From IMG/VR virus record IMGVR_UViG_3300042373_001362, positions 84,356-148,355 of that record: a stretch of 64,000 nt of DNA; one strand, 5' to 3'. The notes beneath the pieces are model-generated. The model was not told where the DNA came from, did not search any database, and worked only from the letters and a program-made list of their open reading frames with translations. This document shows positions 50,435 to 60,639 of the stretch, in pieces; position 1 is the first letter of the stretch; every line of letters begins with the position of its first letter. This DNA comes from a virus. The position numbers and the translations under genes were made by a program.

Positions 50435-50857
50435 ATGAGCGAGACAGTTATCGCCACTGGCGAAATCACCAATACCTGCACCTGTCTTCTTTATGAGGAA
50501 GACGGTGAAACAAAGTCAATTGACGAAAAATACGGTTCTTCCTGTTTCGGAGACTGTTGGGAGTTCGCCGTTGAGGACTTTGCAATGATTACTGAGGAAC
50601 TTCGCAACTCAAATGAGACCGACTGGTGGAAGGTTGAGGACTTGCGCTTATGGAGTGGCAATGTCTCAGGCTACTTTCACGGAAAGACCGTCTCAGCCAT
50701 TATTGAGGGAATGACAGTCCGTAGCGAGTGGAACATGACCTACAAGGTATTCAGTGACCGTATTGAGTATTCACTCAGCCACCATGACGCAATGGGTAGC
50801 GCAAGCACGCTACGCCCTGTCTCTGATGATGAGCGTGAAGAAATGGGGCTCTACTGA
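50435..50857 (+). CDS. Hypothetical protein
   Basis: Coupled to a 45-aa leaderless ORF starting at 50301. Confidence 0.6.
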   Translation: MSETVIATGEITNTCTCLLYEEDGETKSIDEKYGSSCFGDCWEFAVEDFAMITEELRNSNETDWWKVEDLRLWSGNVSGYFHGKTVSAIIEGMTVRSEWNMTYKVFSDRIEYSLSHHDAMGSASTLRPVSDDEREEMGLY

Positions 50858-51105
50858 TGAGCATGGAACTTGACGAACGTAATTGGACAGAACTGGCGAA
50901 CTGTAAAGACATGGACAAGTCCGTGTTCTTCCCTAGCACTGTTACTGGCATAAAGGTTGCTAAGAAAGTGTGCTCCACCTGTCCTGTATCTGCCGAGTGT
51001 CTGCAGTACGCAACCGACAACGGGCTTGAGTACGGAGTGTGGGGAGGACTTGGAGAGAGTGACCGACTTAGGTTGGCGAGGGACGCTAGGCGTGCCGGGC
51101 TCTAA
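50857..51105 (+). CDS. whiB: WhiB-family transcription factor (second copy)
   Basis: W..LANC..VFFP..AKKVCSTCPVSAECLQYA..YGVWGG..R. Confidence 0.93.
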   Translation: MSMELDERNWTELANCKDMDKSVFFPSTVTGIKVAKKVCSTCPVSAECLQYATDNGLEYGVWGGLGESDRLRLARDARRAGL

Positions 51106-51266
51106 CCAAGCTCCGGAGCCCCGGGCTTGCGTGGGGACAGCAAGTCTCCCCACGCAACTCACTTTCGTGCCGGTGCGCTAGGGCTGGCCATGAAGGGGCT
51201 CCCTTACTTGACGGTGGTGGAAGAGAAACTTGTCGGTCAAGGGTGGGTTCTACTAAGGTGGCAGAC

Positions 51267-51734
51267 ATGGGATTAGACCAATATTTATACGCAAAGAACT
51301 ACCTCTCACCAATGGAGTGGCGAGGTGAAGAAATGAAAGACAAGTTCAACGCTGTTGCTGACGCAATCGGAGTTAGGGACTTCATGGACAAGGAAATGCC
51401 TTCTATCCAATGCCAAGTGAAGATTGGCTATTGGCGAAAGGCTAATGCCATTCATGATTGGTTCGTACAGAACTGCCAAGACGGAAACGACGATTGCCGT
51501 GAGAGTTATGTCTCTGTTGAGCAACTAGAGGAACTTCGCAAAGTCTGCAAAATGGTCTTAGAGAACCACGCACTAGCAAGCGAGCACCTTCCAACTAGTG
51601 CTGGCTTCTTCTTTGGTTCGCAGGACTATGACGAGTGGTACTTCCGAGACCTTGAAAGCACCGTTGAAATCATTGACAACGCCCTCTCTAAGATTTCTGA
51701 CGATTGGTCTTTCTTCTATCAGAGTTCGTGGTAA
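51267..51734 (+). CDS. Phage hypothetical protein (MGLDQY..YWRKANAIH..GFFFG..YQSSW)
   Basis: Leaderless ATG at +37 from 51230. Confidence 0.75.
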   Translation: MGLDQYLYAKNYLSPMEWRGEEMKDKFNAVADAIGVRDFMDKEMPSIQCQVKIGYWRKANAIHDWFVQNCQDGNDDCRESYVSVEQLEELRKVCKMVLENHALASEHLPTSAGFFFGSQDYDEWYFRDLESTVEIIDNALSKISDDWSFFYQSSW

Positions 51735-52052
51735 GTCATGGCTCTCAACGCAAAAGAAAGTAGCTTTGACTGGCTTGTCTGTGATTGTGGAAATAATCCA
51801 CATTCCGACGGGTTTGACACATGCCTCAAGGACGGAACGGTTGTCCATCCAACGCCCGATGAGTGGGACGGAATTCATTACATTTGTTATCGCTGTAACA
51901 AGGTTTACAACGTGGACACAATGGAAGAGGTCACCGGGTAAGTCCGGGTACGGGGCTCCCCCCACCGACATACAGAAAATTGTCGGTTAGGGGTGGGCTC
52001 TACTAAGGTGGGTATTACCAGCCCACCACTACTAGAAAAAAGGAACAGGGAA

Positions 52053-52469
52053 ATGGCACAGAAATCCATAAATGTAAAGGTCAGTACGGCAAAAGTCGTA
52101 AAGGCTTTGGAAACAGCACTCGCTAATCGCAAGAAGCAAATTGCCGATTACGAAAAGTCAGTAGAGAACCACAAAAAGGTTGTCGCTGATTGGGAAAAGT
52201 CCATCATTGAGCACATCAAGTCGGGCAAGGCAAAAGTTTCAGATGTTTCTGAAAACTCAAATTGGCGTACCGATACAAAGGAAGCCCGTGTGACCATCAC
52301 ACTCCCAGCAAGCCTTGTCTGCCCTCAGTCCCCCGAGAAGCCCTCAGAAATGTGGAACATCAACAATGACATTGAGGAGTTGGAGAACGCTATCGCTCTA
52401 CTCAAAATGACAGACGAGGAGTATGTCTCCACAAGCACCTACAAGGGTGTCGCACGACTTATCAAGTAA
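52053..52469 (+). CDS. Coiled-coil hypothetical protein
   Basis: Promoter 51980; leader CTACTAGAAA..AGGA. Confidence 0.7.
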   Translation: MAQKSINVKVSTAKVVKALETALANRKKQIADYEKSVENHKKVVADWEKSIIEHIKSGKAKVSDVSENSNWRTDTKEARVTITLPASLVCPQSPEKPSEMWNINNDIEELENAIALLKMTDEEYVSTSTYKGVARLIK

Positions 52470-52602
52470 GAGGTCGTTTCCATAACGGAGAAAGGGTAGG
52501 AGAAATCCTGCCCTTTCTTTATGCCCGAGCCCCGGCTTGGGCAGCTTTACCGGTTGAGGGAAAATTTGTCGGTTAGGGGTGGGGGGAAATAGGATTGACG
52601 AC

Positions 52603-52941
52603 ATGAACACAAACAAGACACAAAACCAACTGGAGTCACTGATGCAACTCCATTGGGACGTCATCAAATCATTTGGCCCGACAACAGCAATAGAGATTCG
52701 CTTTCACGCAAATCGTTCACTGAAGTCATACCAACTGCTAGCAACATGCTCAGAAGCGGGCTCTGTTTATTACACGCTCCACTACAACCCACGAGGCAAC
52801 TATCCAATGTCACTGAACTACATCAGTGGTCATGAAAAAACTGACGTCACTCTGCCAATGAAAGCCTATTCGGGCTGGCAGTCCGATGTGCTTGCGTGGA
52901 TTATCAGCAACCCCTTCTACACAGTGGACGAGGTCTACTGA
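52603..52941 (+). CDS. Cassette hypothetical protein, first of coupled ORFs 52941..53261, 53248..53508, 53495..53761
   Basis: Leaderless ATG at +37 from 52566; overlapping stop/start chain. Confidence 0.65.
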   Translation: MNTNKTQNQLESLMQLHWDVIKSFGPTTAIEIRFHANRSLKSYQLLATCSEAGSVYYTLHYNPRGNYPMSLNYISGHEKTDVTLPMKAYSGWQSDVLAWIISNPFYTVDEVY

Positions 52942-54274
52942 TGAGGGAGGTAGACGAGACACTGATTGATGCTTGGATTGAGCAATATAAGCCCATCCCT
53001 AATCACATTGGAGAGGGTGGCTGGATTATCAACGAAGTCCCCATCATGTTTGAGACATACGGTGATGAACTTGAATTCGTATTCAATCAACCTGCGCACA
53101 ATGTGTGGACTTGGGTTGATGGAGATGAAGGAAGTTTCATTGTTGCTGGGTTCAGTTATGTGAACAGAATCGGCTATTTCGTCACCAAGGAACCATGGGC
53201 CCAATTTGAAGAGATTCAGGTTGATTACTACGAGGAAGAGGACGACGATGAAGACCTCTGACGTAATCAAAGAATTGTCAAATATTGACAAAGACGAAGA
53301 AGTCATCTGCGTCTGGTTCAAGAAGGAAGACTTCCCCCTCGGAATCAACGACGATTATGAGTACGAGACCCTTCCCAACACTCAGTGGAATGAGGTAGTC
53401 TCTAGGTTTGAGAGCACTAAATGGGACAACCCCACAAGCAGCTCGTGGACGGAAGTCCATAAAGACATCTATCAACTCGTAGGAGAAAAAGTAAATGCAA
53501 GCGTCTGAGGAAGTCAAGAGAGCATTCATGACAAACGCTGTTTCGTTTGTGTTATCTGAATATCCACGCGATGTAGACATCATGGATATCCCGACTCTCG
53601 TTGAGTATGTCGACAAGCGCGTCCTTGTATGGGAACCATTCTCGAGACGCTCCGGCATCGAACTGGCCGACATCATCGACCAATTGTTCGAGATGAATCT
53701 GCAGACACACATGCAGCTGATGGAGGGCGGGGCTCCCGAGCCAGCCAACCACGCCGAGTGATGGTGACCACGCTGCGTGGTTATTCAGAAATCCGATAAT
53801 TCAACAGACTCACCCCAGACAATTTCTACATGACGGTGGTGGAAGAGAATTTGTCGGGTTGGGGTGGGTAGTTGTAAAGTGTTGTTATGAAGAAATTCCT
53901 AATCCGAGTAACAGAATCAATCAATCACGATTACGAGATTGAGGCAGAGACCGAAGAAGAGGCTTTGGCTATCTATTACTCGTACGACAACGACGAACTG
54001 AAAGAACATGACCTTGACGGTCAGGGTGAATGGGATTCACATCCTTGGGAAATTGAGGAACTGTCATGACCGTTTACCGAGTAAGCGTTTGGGCTTCCAT
54101 TGAGGTTGAGGCAGAGAACGAACGAGATGCTGAAGAGAAGGCTCACGATGCTGTCCTCAACGGCGAGATACGGATGCGTGACTACGAGTTCACGGCTGAG
54201 GAAACCGACCATGAGGAAGCAGAACTGCCATCATGAAATTGTCGGTCAAGGGTGGGTCTAACTAAAGTATGTCT

Positions 54275-54604
54275 ATGACCTTTCATCACTACATCAGAGT
54301 TCTTACGGAAGTTGTTTATCCAGAAGACGGCCCGTATTTCCATAAATGGGATTATTTCTCAATTTCCGACGAAGAGCTTCCCGAACGCTTTCGCCCCACC
54401 CCAAACAAGGTTGGGTCGGCTAGCGACAACAACATGAAGTATCTTCACCCTTTGTCGTCAGAACTGTACGACTGGCTCAACGAGGGTGGCTATTGGATAA
54501 AGGGCTGGCAAGAGATTAGCCCAGACCAAGAGAAGTGGCTTGACGAGAATGACATTCTCGCAGGTCAGCAAACAGAGACGACTCTGGAAGCAGAGTTCAT
54601 CTAA
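54275..54604 (+). CDS. Cassette hypothetical protein
   Basis: Leaderless ATG at +36 from 54239. Confidence 0.65.
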   Translation: MTFHHYIRVLTEVVYPEDGPYFHKWDYFSISDEELPERFRPTPNKVGSASDNNMKYLHPLSSELYDWLNEGGYWIKGWQEISPDQEKWLDENDILAGQQTETTLEAEFI

Positions 54605-54670
54605 ATTTGTCGGTCAGGGGTGGGTAGCACTAAACTGACTGATGTCCCCAACTACTAGAAGGAACAGAAA

Positions 54671-55285
54671 ATGCCAAATTGGGTATCAACCACACTGAGC
54701 GTAAAAGGCTCAAAAGAAGAAGTACAGCGATTCGTTGATGGGGTCAAAGACTCCAAAATCATTGAGTCCTATGTACCCTGTCCTGAAGAACTACATGCGA
54801 CAGTTGCAGGCTTTGTCGGAGAAGATAAAGCCGAAGAACATCGCAAGCAACAGGAAGCCAACATTGCCAAGTACGGCTACAAGGACTGGTGGGATTGGCA
54901 GTATGACAATTGGGGAACCAAGTGGGGCGACTGCGATACGCACCTTGAGAAGCCAGCAGAGATGTCAAACGGCTCATGGGAAGTACAGGGCTACTTCTCA
55001 ACAGCGTGGGGTCCAGCCGATACTGCATTTCGTAAGGTCTCAGCACTCTTCCCAACGCTGACATTCCTCTTTGACTACGACGAAGAGGCTGGTTTCTTTG
55101 CTGGTCTCCAAGCGATGAAAGACGGCGAGATTGTCTTTGAGTCAATGTTTGAGCCTTGTAACTACGAGGGAGAACTTGACTATGACGACTACGAGTCAAT
55201 TGACAAGTACGAGGCTTGGAAGACCGAGAACAACGACAGAATCTTTGATGAGTATCAGTTGTTCTTGGGTGGGGTTCCCCAATGA
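54671..55285 (+). CDS. YubB/DUF1281 ferredoxin-like domain protein
   Basis: MPNW..WWDWQYDNWGTKW..FSTAWGP. Confidence 0.75.
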   Translation: MPNWVSTTLSVKGSKEEVQRFVDGVKDSKIIESYVPCPEELHATVAGFVGEDKAEEHRKQQEANIAKYGYKDWWDWQYDNWGTKWGDCDTHLEKPAEMSNGSWEVQGYFSTAWGPADTAFRKVSALFPTLTFLFDYDEEAGFFAGLQAMKDGEIVFESMFEPCNYEGELDYDDYESIDKYEAWKTENNDRIFDEYQLFLGGVPQ

Positions 55286-56071
55286 AAATCAAGCAGGTCA
55301 TAGACATGCTGAGTCGCTACTCACCAGAGGATGAACTGTGCATCCTCTGGTGGGACAAGCCTCAGTTTGACAACCTAGACGGACTAGTCCTTGACGATGA
55401 GGCGTGGGCTCGCATCTGTAAGGAGTTTGACGAGTGGGACAATGCTGGAGCAGATGTAAACCAATGGATTCTTGATGCGAGTATAGACTATGCAGAGATT
55501 TCTAATTATGGAGAAGAAAGCTGATGGATAAGAAAATCAAGAAACACGAATTGATGAGCATTCTCGAGGAGAATTACTACACGCTCTCCACAACTGGCTC
55601 TGAAGCAGTGGCTTCAATCTTTGACGACTACTCGAAGGGTCTGTTTGAGCCGAACCTCGTAGAGTGGGGTATAACCGATGAGCGTCTACTTCAGGTCATC
55701 AACAGTATGGTTGACGACTGGTGTAGGACCGGGAAGATGGAGACGCCTGCAGTCGAGTTCTACAAGCGCAAGGGGTACTTCTTCTCTGACAAGAGGTGAG
55801 CCCTGGAGCCCCGGCGGGTCGCGAAGGCGAAGGGCCCGGGGGAGTTACCGTCTAGACGGCAGCAGACAACTCCGGAGCTCGCGGCGGCATGCGGCAGAAA
55901 ATCAAAAAATCGTATTTAATTCTGGACCGAGTCAAAATTTACTTGACGGTGGTGGATGAGACCAGAAACTATGACACACCCCCTGAAAAAATTCATTTTT
56001 TGAATAACTTTTGTCGGTTAGGGGTGGGTCCCAGTAGAATCCGAAAAACCAACTAATAGAAAGAAGGCCCA

Positions 56072-56575
56072 GTGTCTACAGGATTTATTACAGATGATTT
56101 GATTAATTCGAATCATAAGAAATTGTGGGGGAAAGCTATCGATGAATACGGAGACGCATTCAGAGTTCCACAAGATGTGGCCACAAAAATAAATGAAACA
56201 ACTCGTGCTCTTTACACTCTTCAAGTGTGGCAAAGAAGCGGGGCTGCGGGGAACCCAGCAAAGTTCCTATCGGCCTACTCCATATATCCTGATGTGTTGA
56301 TGGAAGTAGTGCGGGACTTCTGCTCTATGGAAATCGATTCTATGGAAGAAGTGATTGTCAAGACCGAGAAGCGTTCAGATAAATACGATGCTTTCATTGA
56401 CTGGACAAAGGCCCATACATTCGAGCAGTACACCACTGAGCAATTGGTAGAAATAGCTGGATTCTCATATCCCACTACTCTGAAGTTCATCCAGGAGTCA
56501 CCGGTATTCCGCAAGATAAAGAAGGGATTGTGGGAAATCCGTGACCCCAAGGCCGATAGAGAGGCCGATAAATAA
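56072..56575 (+). CDS. Hypothetical protein (possible C-terminal HTH)
   Basis: Promoter 56011; 167 aa. Confidence 0.6.
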   Translation: MSTGFITDDLINSNHKKLWGKAIDEYGDAFRVPQDVATKINETTRALYTLQVWQRSGAAGNPAKFLSAYSIYPDVLMEVVRDFCSMEIDSMEEVIVKTEKRSDKYDAFIDWTKAHTFEQYTTEQLVEIAGFSYPTTLKFIQESPVFRKIKKGLWEIRDPKADREADK

Positions 56576-56723
56576 AAATTGTCGACCAGGGGTGGGTCCA
56601 TATAATCTGTCCCTTGTCAACCCGACAACATTCCCCATATTGACCATCAGACAAAATTTGTCGGTCAAGGGGGGGTGCTGTTAGTTTGTTCAATGTCAAC
56701 CGCTACTAGAAAAGGAACTAGAC

Positions 56724-57455
56724 ATGACAGCAACACCCGATTCAACAACCACACTCCCTGAGTGTTGGCAGATGTTTGAGGACGCAATCACAAACGGCAT
56801 TGACCGTGTTGTGCTTTACGGACCATCAGGCATTGGCAAGACCTATGCAGGTCTCAACATGGGCAACACCGATGGTGGAGCCTTCCGTCTCGTTTGCACC
56901 GAGGACATGACCAACATGGATGTGACTGGTGCATTCATGCCAAGTTCAGACAAAGGCTTCCAGTGGGTCAATGGCTCCGCTATCAAGGCTTGGGAAGGCA
57001 ACGGCATCGTTGGTGGTCGTCTCATCGTTGATGAAGTGGACAAGGCATCAGGCGATGTGTTCGCAACGCTTCTCGCAATGCTTGATTCCCCTGAATCTGC
57101 AACTTGGGAACACCCTGAGACTGGTCGCATCGTTCGTCCTCGTGAAGGCTTTACAGCAATCATGACCACCAATGTGGAGAACATGGATGAACTGCCAACA
57201 GCATTGGCTGACCGATTCCCTGTTCGCATTCGCATCAATGCGCCACACCCAACTGCACTGCTCGCACTGTCTCCTGACTTGCGCAACTTCGCAGTCCGTA
57301 TGGCTGATGCTGGTGAACGCCGAATCTCGCTTCGTGCATTCGCATCGTTTGACAAACTTCGCAAGGGTCTTGGCGATGCTCGTGCATCACAGATTGTATT
57401 TGGCTCACGCTCAGAATCAATCCTTGACGCAATCGCAATTGACAAGGTTTCCTGA
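56724..57455 (+). CDS. MoxR/CbbQ-like AAA+ ATPase
   Basis: GPSGIGKT, LIVDEVDKA, TTN, ALADRF. Confidence 0.85.
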   Translation: MTATPDSTTTLPECWQMFEDAITNGIDRVVLYGPSGIGKTYAGLNMGNTDGGAFRLVCTEDMTNMDVTGAFMPSSDKGFQWVNGSAIKAWEGNGIVGGRLIVDEVDKASGDVFATLLAMLDSPESATWEHPETGRIVRPREGFTAIMTTNVENMDELPTALADRFPVRIRINAPHPTALLALSPDLRNFAVRMADAGERRISLRAFASFDKLRKGLGDARASQIVFGSRSESILDAIAIDKVS

Positions 57456-57456
57456 G

Positions 57457-58953
57457 ATGAATCATCAGACAGCAATTTACGCCGAGCCTGAATGGCTTGG
57501 ACGCAATGACGCCGATAACGGAAGGTGGGTTGTATCGGAGTGCAACCCACGCCGTGGCGAACCAATGACTGCAATCGCAGAACGCATCATGCGTGTGCCG
57601 GTGATGAACACCGAACTCGCTCGTGTGATTCGTGCGCACGAGATGATGCATGCAAAAGTTTCTCCACTTGGTGATTCATTTCAACAGTGGATTCAACGAG
57701 GCATCGCAACTGAAAAAGCGATGACAGTCGTTGAGGAATTGCGTGTGAACTTTCTGATTCAACAACGTGGATTCGATGCAAAGGCCCATCTTGCAGACGG
57801 TGGAGAAACTGCAGACGGTGAACGCTTTGCGAACACCAACGACTGGCAGGGTGCTGTTCACATGGCAATCGCAACTGCTGGCACTGCAAGTAACAAACTG
57901 TTCTTGAACGGTGTACGCCGACACAATCGCATGTGGGGTGAATCGCTTGCCGACATTTCCAAGCGAGCAGTGAAAGAAATGCAGAAGGCGTACAAGACTG
58001 GAACGCTTGCATCAACTGCTGTTGATACTCGCACTGGTTTGTTCCCATACGGATTCTCTCACACCGAGCGCATCGCTGAATGGATTGACCGTCTCGCTTC
58101 AATCTCTCCTGAGGAACTTCACGAGGGTGAAGAAGGCGAATCGCAAGAAGGTGCAGAAGGCGAGAGCAACGAGGGTGCAGAAGGCGAGCCTGCAAAGGCA
58201 TCACACTCCAACAAGGGTCGTGGTCGTCCTAAGAAAGGCACTGGCAAGCGTCTCACTGGAATCACACCGAGCGAATACACTCGCAACATTCCAATGTGGG
58301 GTGAATTGAACATCGGCAAACTTTCAATGCCACTCGCAACGAAAGGCAACATCGGCAAGAAGCGCACTGCATCAAACATCGGTCGCTCTCCACGCCGTAT
58401 GCACCGAATCATGACCGACCCACAAATGCGTGTCTTTGACAAAGTGACACGAGGCAGTGGTGGTGTTGTTGTGATTGACGCATCAGGGTCAATGAACTTC
58501 AACCACGAGCAGATTCGCAAGATTGTTGAGAACGCCCCCGGTGCAACTGTTCTCTCTTACTCAGAAATGGGTGGCAAGGAAACTCCCAACGCTTACATTC
58601 TCGCTGACAAGGGTCGAATGGTCAAAGACCTTCCGAATCAGGGTAGTGGCAACGGTGTTGACTTCCCTGCACTTGAATGGGCAGTGAAGAATCGCCAACG
58701 CTCAAACTCTCCAATCATTTGGGTGACCGATGGTGGCGTGTGCGGAACGAACAGTGGATTCCACAATTCACTTGCGATGCAGTGCATCAACTTCTGCAAG
58801 AAGCACAACATCATTGTCGTGCCATTCGTTGATGAGGCAATCGCTGAACTTCGCAAAATGAAGAACGGTGGAAAGCCTGAATCTCGTTATCCCGAGATGC
58901 TTCGCATGGCGTGGAAAGAATCAATCGGAACAGAACTCCCAATCAGGGGATAA
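57457..58953 (+). CDS. HExxH metallopeptidase-like plus vWA-domain protein
   Basis: HEMMH; MIDAS VIDASGSM; WVTDG; start placed at ATG 57457. Confidence 0.75.
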   Translation: MNHQTAIYAEPEWLGRNDADNGRWVVSECNPRRGEPMTAIAERIMRVPVMNTELARVIRAHEMMHAKVSPLGDSFQQWIQRGIATEKAMTVVEELRVNFLIQQRGFDAKAHLADGGETADGERFANTNDWQGAVHMAIATAGTASNKLFLNGVRRHNRMWGESLADISKRAVKEMQKAYKTGTLASTAVDTRTGLFPYGFSHTERIAEWIDRLASISPEELHEGEEGESQEGAEGESNEGAEGEPAKASHSNKGRGRPKKGTGKRLTGITPSEYTRNIPMWGELNIGKLSMPLATKGNIGKKRTASNIGRSPRRMHRIMTDPQMRVFDKVTRGSGGVVVIDASGSMNFNHEQIRKIVENAPGATVLSYSEMGGKETPNAYILADKGRMVKDLPNQGSGNGVDFPALEWAVKNRQRSNSPIIWVTDGGVCGTNSGFHNSLAMQCINFCKKHNIIVVPFVDEAIAELRKMKNGGKPESRYPEMLRMAWKESIGTELPIRG

Positions 58954-59106
58954 GAATTCATGGGCCAGTGGGGGAAGCTTCACTGGCCCATGACACCGCA
59001 CACAGTGGGTCTCTTTGACCCATGGGTGTTGTTCCTTTCCCATGAGGTTGGAGACTCACTGTTGTGTCGGTAACATCACAATCAATTACTAGAAACGGAA
59101 AAACAA

Positions 59107-59376
59107 ATGGAAAAGATTTATTCTTTCATCGGAGATGCGACCCACGAGGATTCGCTTGACGGTCTCAACTACTGCATCGTTCTTTGCGATGATGCACCCG
59201 GGGACATCGTTGATGAGGTAATGGAAGAATCTGAAGATGCAATCTTCTACAAGGTAGACAGAGCACAGATGGATTCACTCGCCAAGAGCATTGAGATGGA
59301 CGTAGACCGTCATGCAATGGGTGACGGGTACCTGTTAGACCTCACAGAGCCTTATATCCTCGCTACGGCTGATTAG
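59107..59376 (+). CDS. Hypothetical protein
   Basis: 89-aa acidic ORF. Confidence 0.6.
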   Translation: MEKIYSFIGDATHEDSLDGLNYCIVLCDDAPGDIVDEVMEESEDAIFYKVDRAQMDSLAKSIEMDVDRHAMGDGYLLDLTEPYILATAD

Positions 59377-59688
59377 GACCGCTTGGGCCCACTGTCTCTC
59401 ATGGTCCTAGCCCACGAGCGACAGAAGATAATTACTCCAGCGACTAGCACGCAGTTAGTCCAGGAGATATCCCAGCCGAACATCTGTGACGGCTCGAGAA
59501 GCTTGAAGATAATCCAGGCACCGGTGCCGTACAGAACCGACGTCAACATGAACCCAACAATGAGACCAAAGAAAATCATTCCGACAAAACCTATTACAGC
59601 TTTTTCTTCGAGAACTTCGTCCGAAGGTATGGGCCGGTGCTTATTAATCGACGGTGGTGGAAGAAACAGTTCCGACCTTCTTAGTCGG

Positions 59689-60075
59689 TCATCCTTGCGC
59701 ATCGATGTCTCGCACAATCTGATGTACCCGCTGGCGACTCAAATCAAATTCGTCGGCAATCTGGCGGAGAGATTTTCCGGCCGCACGCATTTCGAGAATT
59801 CTATTATTTCGATTAATGTCCGTCGCAGGCCCTGGACGAAGAGGTCCCCAAACCCATCCCGCGATACTCGAGAGCTCTTTAACTCTTTCTTCAGAAAGTT
59901 GATTTTTTCTGTAACGTTGCCTGGCGTAACCAACCCAAGCTCCCAGATTAATTTCAGATTCTTCGATTTTTTCGACATGCGCGGCCGGTACGTGAGTGTG
60001 CCCTTCTCGTTCGGCGAACTGCTTAAGCGCTTTGATGTAAATATTGAAACGTGTGGTGTTGTCCATGGTCGTCAT
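59689..60075 (-). CDS. Helicase-associated (HA) domain plus sigma70 region 4-like HTH
   Basis: LKQFAEREGHTHVP..LGAWV..QR..LSEERVKEL..W; SLRQIADEFDLSRQRVHQI. Confidence 0.75.
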   Translation of the reverse strand: MTTMDNTTRFNIYIKALKQFAEREGHTHVPAAHVEKIEESEINLGAWVGYARQRYRKNQLSEERVKELSSIAGWVWGPLRPGPATDINRNNRILEMRAAGKSLRQIADEFDLSRQRVHQIVRDIDAQG

Positions 60076-60110
60076 AGTAATACATTAACTAGTCAAAGGA
60101 TGAGAGCACA

Positions 60111-60638
60111 TTGGACATGAGCCCAGAACCCGTATACAATCCCATAAACAGATATTGCCGGTTTGGCAGGAAGACAGAGGCCCCCGTGGAGGATGAGGAT
60201 TACAAGAAAATCTTCAATTTCGAAGAAAGCGAAGAATTGCTGAGTGAGCTCAACGGCTTTAAAGACCTTTCTCCAGAATTAGCAAAAAACATGCGGCGAG
60301 AATTGGCCCAGGTTATGGAAAATCCGGAAAATGTTCTCATCGTGGGTACCGACGGGGACAAAACAATAACAATTGTTACCGCCCCAGAGGAAGTAGTTGG
60401 AGGCCACGGCCCAGTACTCATCCCAACTTTAGATAAAAACCGAATTCTTTCAATGGTCTCTTCGGAATTTATTACAGAAATGGCCGAAAATTGTCGAGAA
60501 ATGGAAGACCAGGACGGGGCTCAAGATTTCTGGAGCTTGCTCCTGGAGAATTTTTTCGAAAAAACGTTAGAATTGTCCGAACGTGGCGGCGGAGCTCTAC
60601 TGGAAATTCCAGATTTTATCCCTGAGGAGGGTTTTTAA
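60111..60638 (+). CDS. Hypothetical protein
   Basis: 175-aa acidic ORF. Confidence 0.55.
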   Translation: MDMSPEPVYNPINRYCRFGRKTEAPVEDEDYKKIFNFEESEELLSELNGFKDLSPELAKNMRRELAQVMENPENVLIVGTDGDKTITIVTAPEEVVGGHGPVLIPTLDKNRILSMVSSEFITEMAENCREMEDQDGAQDFWSLLLENFFEKTLELSERGGGALLEIPDFIPEEGF

Positions 60639-60639
60639 G

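Noticed and set aside
30500-56700. CRISPR array interpretation of the recurring repeat
   Set aside because: The intervals are hundreds of bp, variable and protein-coding; repeats are degenerate promoters; no cas genes seen
30200-56700. Classical integron
   Set aside because: No IntI-like gene, no GTTRRRY core sites recognised, and each unit has its own promoter; only the structural analogy is kept
57172-57456. N-terminal 95 aa of the 593-aa ORF
   Set aside because: Overlaps the AAA+ gene in another frame; ATG 57457 just after the AAA+ stop is more plausible
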